DNA of 64,000 nt, taken from NCBI GenBank assembly GCA_951406725.2, contig OX597832.1, positions 36,146,001-36,210,000 of the forward strand. Direction: 5' to 3'. Every line of letters begins with the position of its first letter. Positions within the stretch are counted from its first letter, which is position 1. Positions 62,880 to 64,000 of this stretch are shown here, piece by piece. The translations under genes and the position numbers were made by a program. The notes below the pieces were generated by a model, which ran no database searches, had not been told where the DNA came from, and worked only from the letters and a program-made list of their open reading frames with translations. This DNA comes from Octopus vulgaris. Taxonomy: Eukaryota.

Positions 62880-64000
62880 CCATACATCATTCTCTAATGC
62901 ATCTCCTCATCCACAGAGTCACCTTGAGGCGCAACCTCTGCTTTCTCCACAGCCAATGTGAAGGCCTTCCACCTTCTGGCCCCTATGCTGCCCAGCATGT
63001 AAACTCTGCAGAGGAACTGGCCTGCAGACTTTCTTATCCCACCTCACTAGGATCGCACTTTGCTTTGACATGGCACCACTAGGTCAGCATGTTTCCTTTC
63101 TCCTCCTCTCATTTGCATCTTCAGTGAGGTCCTCCCTGGGAATGGAGTATTCTAACAAAACCATGTGCTTGAATGCTCCTGAGAGCAGCACCATATCTGG
63201 TTTAGCGACAGTTTCTGAGAATTTCAGATGCTTCCCAGGTTAACTTTCAGCCCTCAGCCTTATGTTTTTGCTTGTAGGCCCAGCAAGATGGACCTTGTTG
63301 ATAACATCTTCACACCAGCCTTGACAAAGGTGACAATCTTCATTGTGCAAAGATGCTTGCAGTCGTTAATCCCTCTTCAGACACTTTCTGCTATGACCTT
63401 GAAGACCTGGTCATGCTTCCAGTGGTAGCATCCTTCTCTTTGAGCTTTTGGTCAGCTACTGAAGATGTGCTCCAGGATTCCTCTCCTCAGGCACAGGAGA
63501 AAAGCTGGTGACTCCTACTTTCTCCACCAGTACTAGTTGGAAGGGTTTGGCAGGACATCATGAACTACCTGAATTAGGAATTTTATCTGGTGGGGCTCTA
63601 TTTTCCAAAGGTCAGGTCATGAGACTTTGTGTGCCACTTTTTGGTCCTATCTTAGCTAGGTTCCCTGGTGCCTCATCCCAATTACACTTGTTGGCTTGTT
63701 GTGCCTCGACTGATGCTTGCCCTTTCATACTGGATCAGTAGCTTCCTTTCCTTTCACCTTGTCAAAGTATAATGCTTGCAAGTGCTCTGTGTTCTAGCCA
63801 TGACTTTGCAGCCTTAACAACCTCCACTTTCATCCTCTTCTGACCTTAATAATAGCCTTTAGAAACTTTAGAATTGACCTCTCCTCTATTGGTCACTACA
63901 AATTCTTCTCTTAGGCTGTTGAGAGGGAGCTTCAACTTGTTCGTTCCTTACACTTCATGTCAAACGTGTCCTGCTTCCACGAACCCACCTCTAACACATT
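62880..64000 (-). mobile_element. Hero-clade (restriction-like endonuclease) non-LTR retrotransposon, decayed 3' part
   Basis: NKLKLPLNSLREEFVVT; zinc-knuckle LC.RRGILEHIFSS*PKA.REG.YHWKHDQV; IVTFVKAG; KPDMVL...MVLLEYSIP.ED..EDANER (PD-D/E nuclease); CDPSEVG. Confidence 0.85.

Overview
AT-rich eukaryotic genomic DNA, dense in microsatellites and SINEs. The SINE families resemble octopus (cephalopod) repeats as I recall them; this is an inference, not a database result. I see no intact protein-coding gene: most ORFs in the track are microsatellite or transposon artefacts. Translating the non-repeat DNA by eye across stops and frameshifts, much of it reads as decayed leucine-rich-repeat (LRR) receptor sequence. 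About 11-12 Toll-like-receptor-like pseudogene remnants (LRRNT/LRR/LRRCT/TM/TIR motifs) tile the 64 kb, largely alternating in strand. They are broken by hAT, mariner/Tc1, Tigger, piggyBac-like, RTE, CR1/L2-like, Tx1, Hero and Penelope insertions. Several Penelope-type termini carry type I hammerhead ribozyme motifs, three of them with an unusually long (59-77 nt) helix II domain. There are also two large fold-back structures and several unusual minisatellites. Pseudogene boundaries are approximate and need frameshift-aware HMM confirmation.
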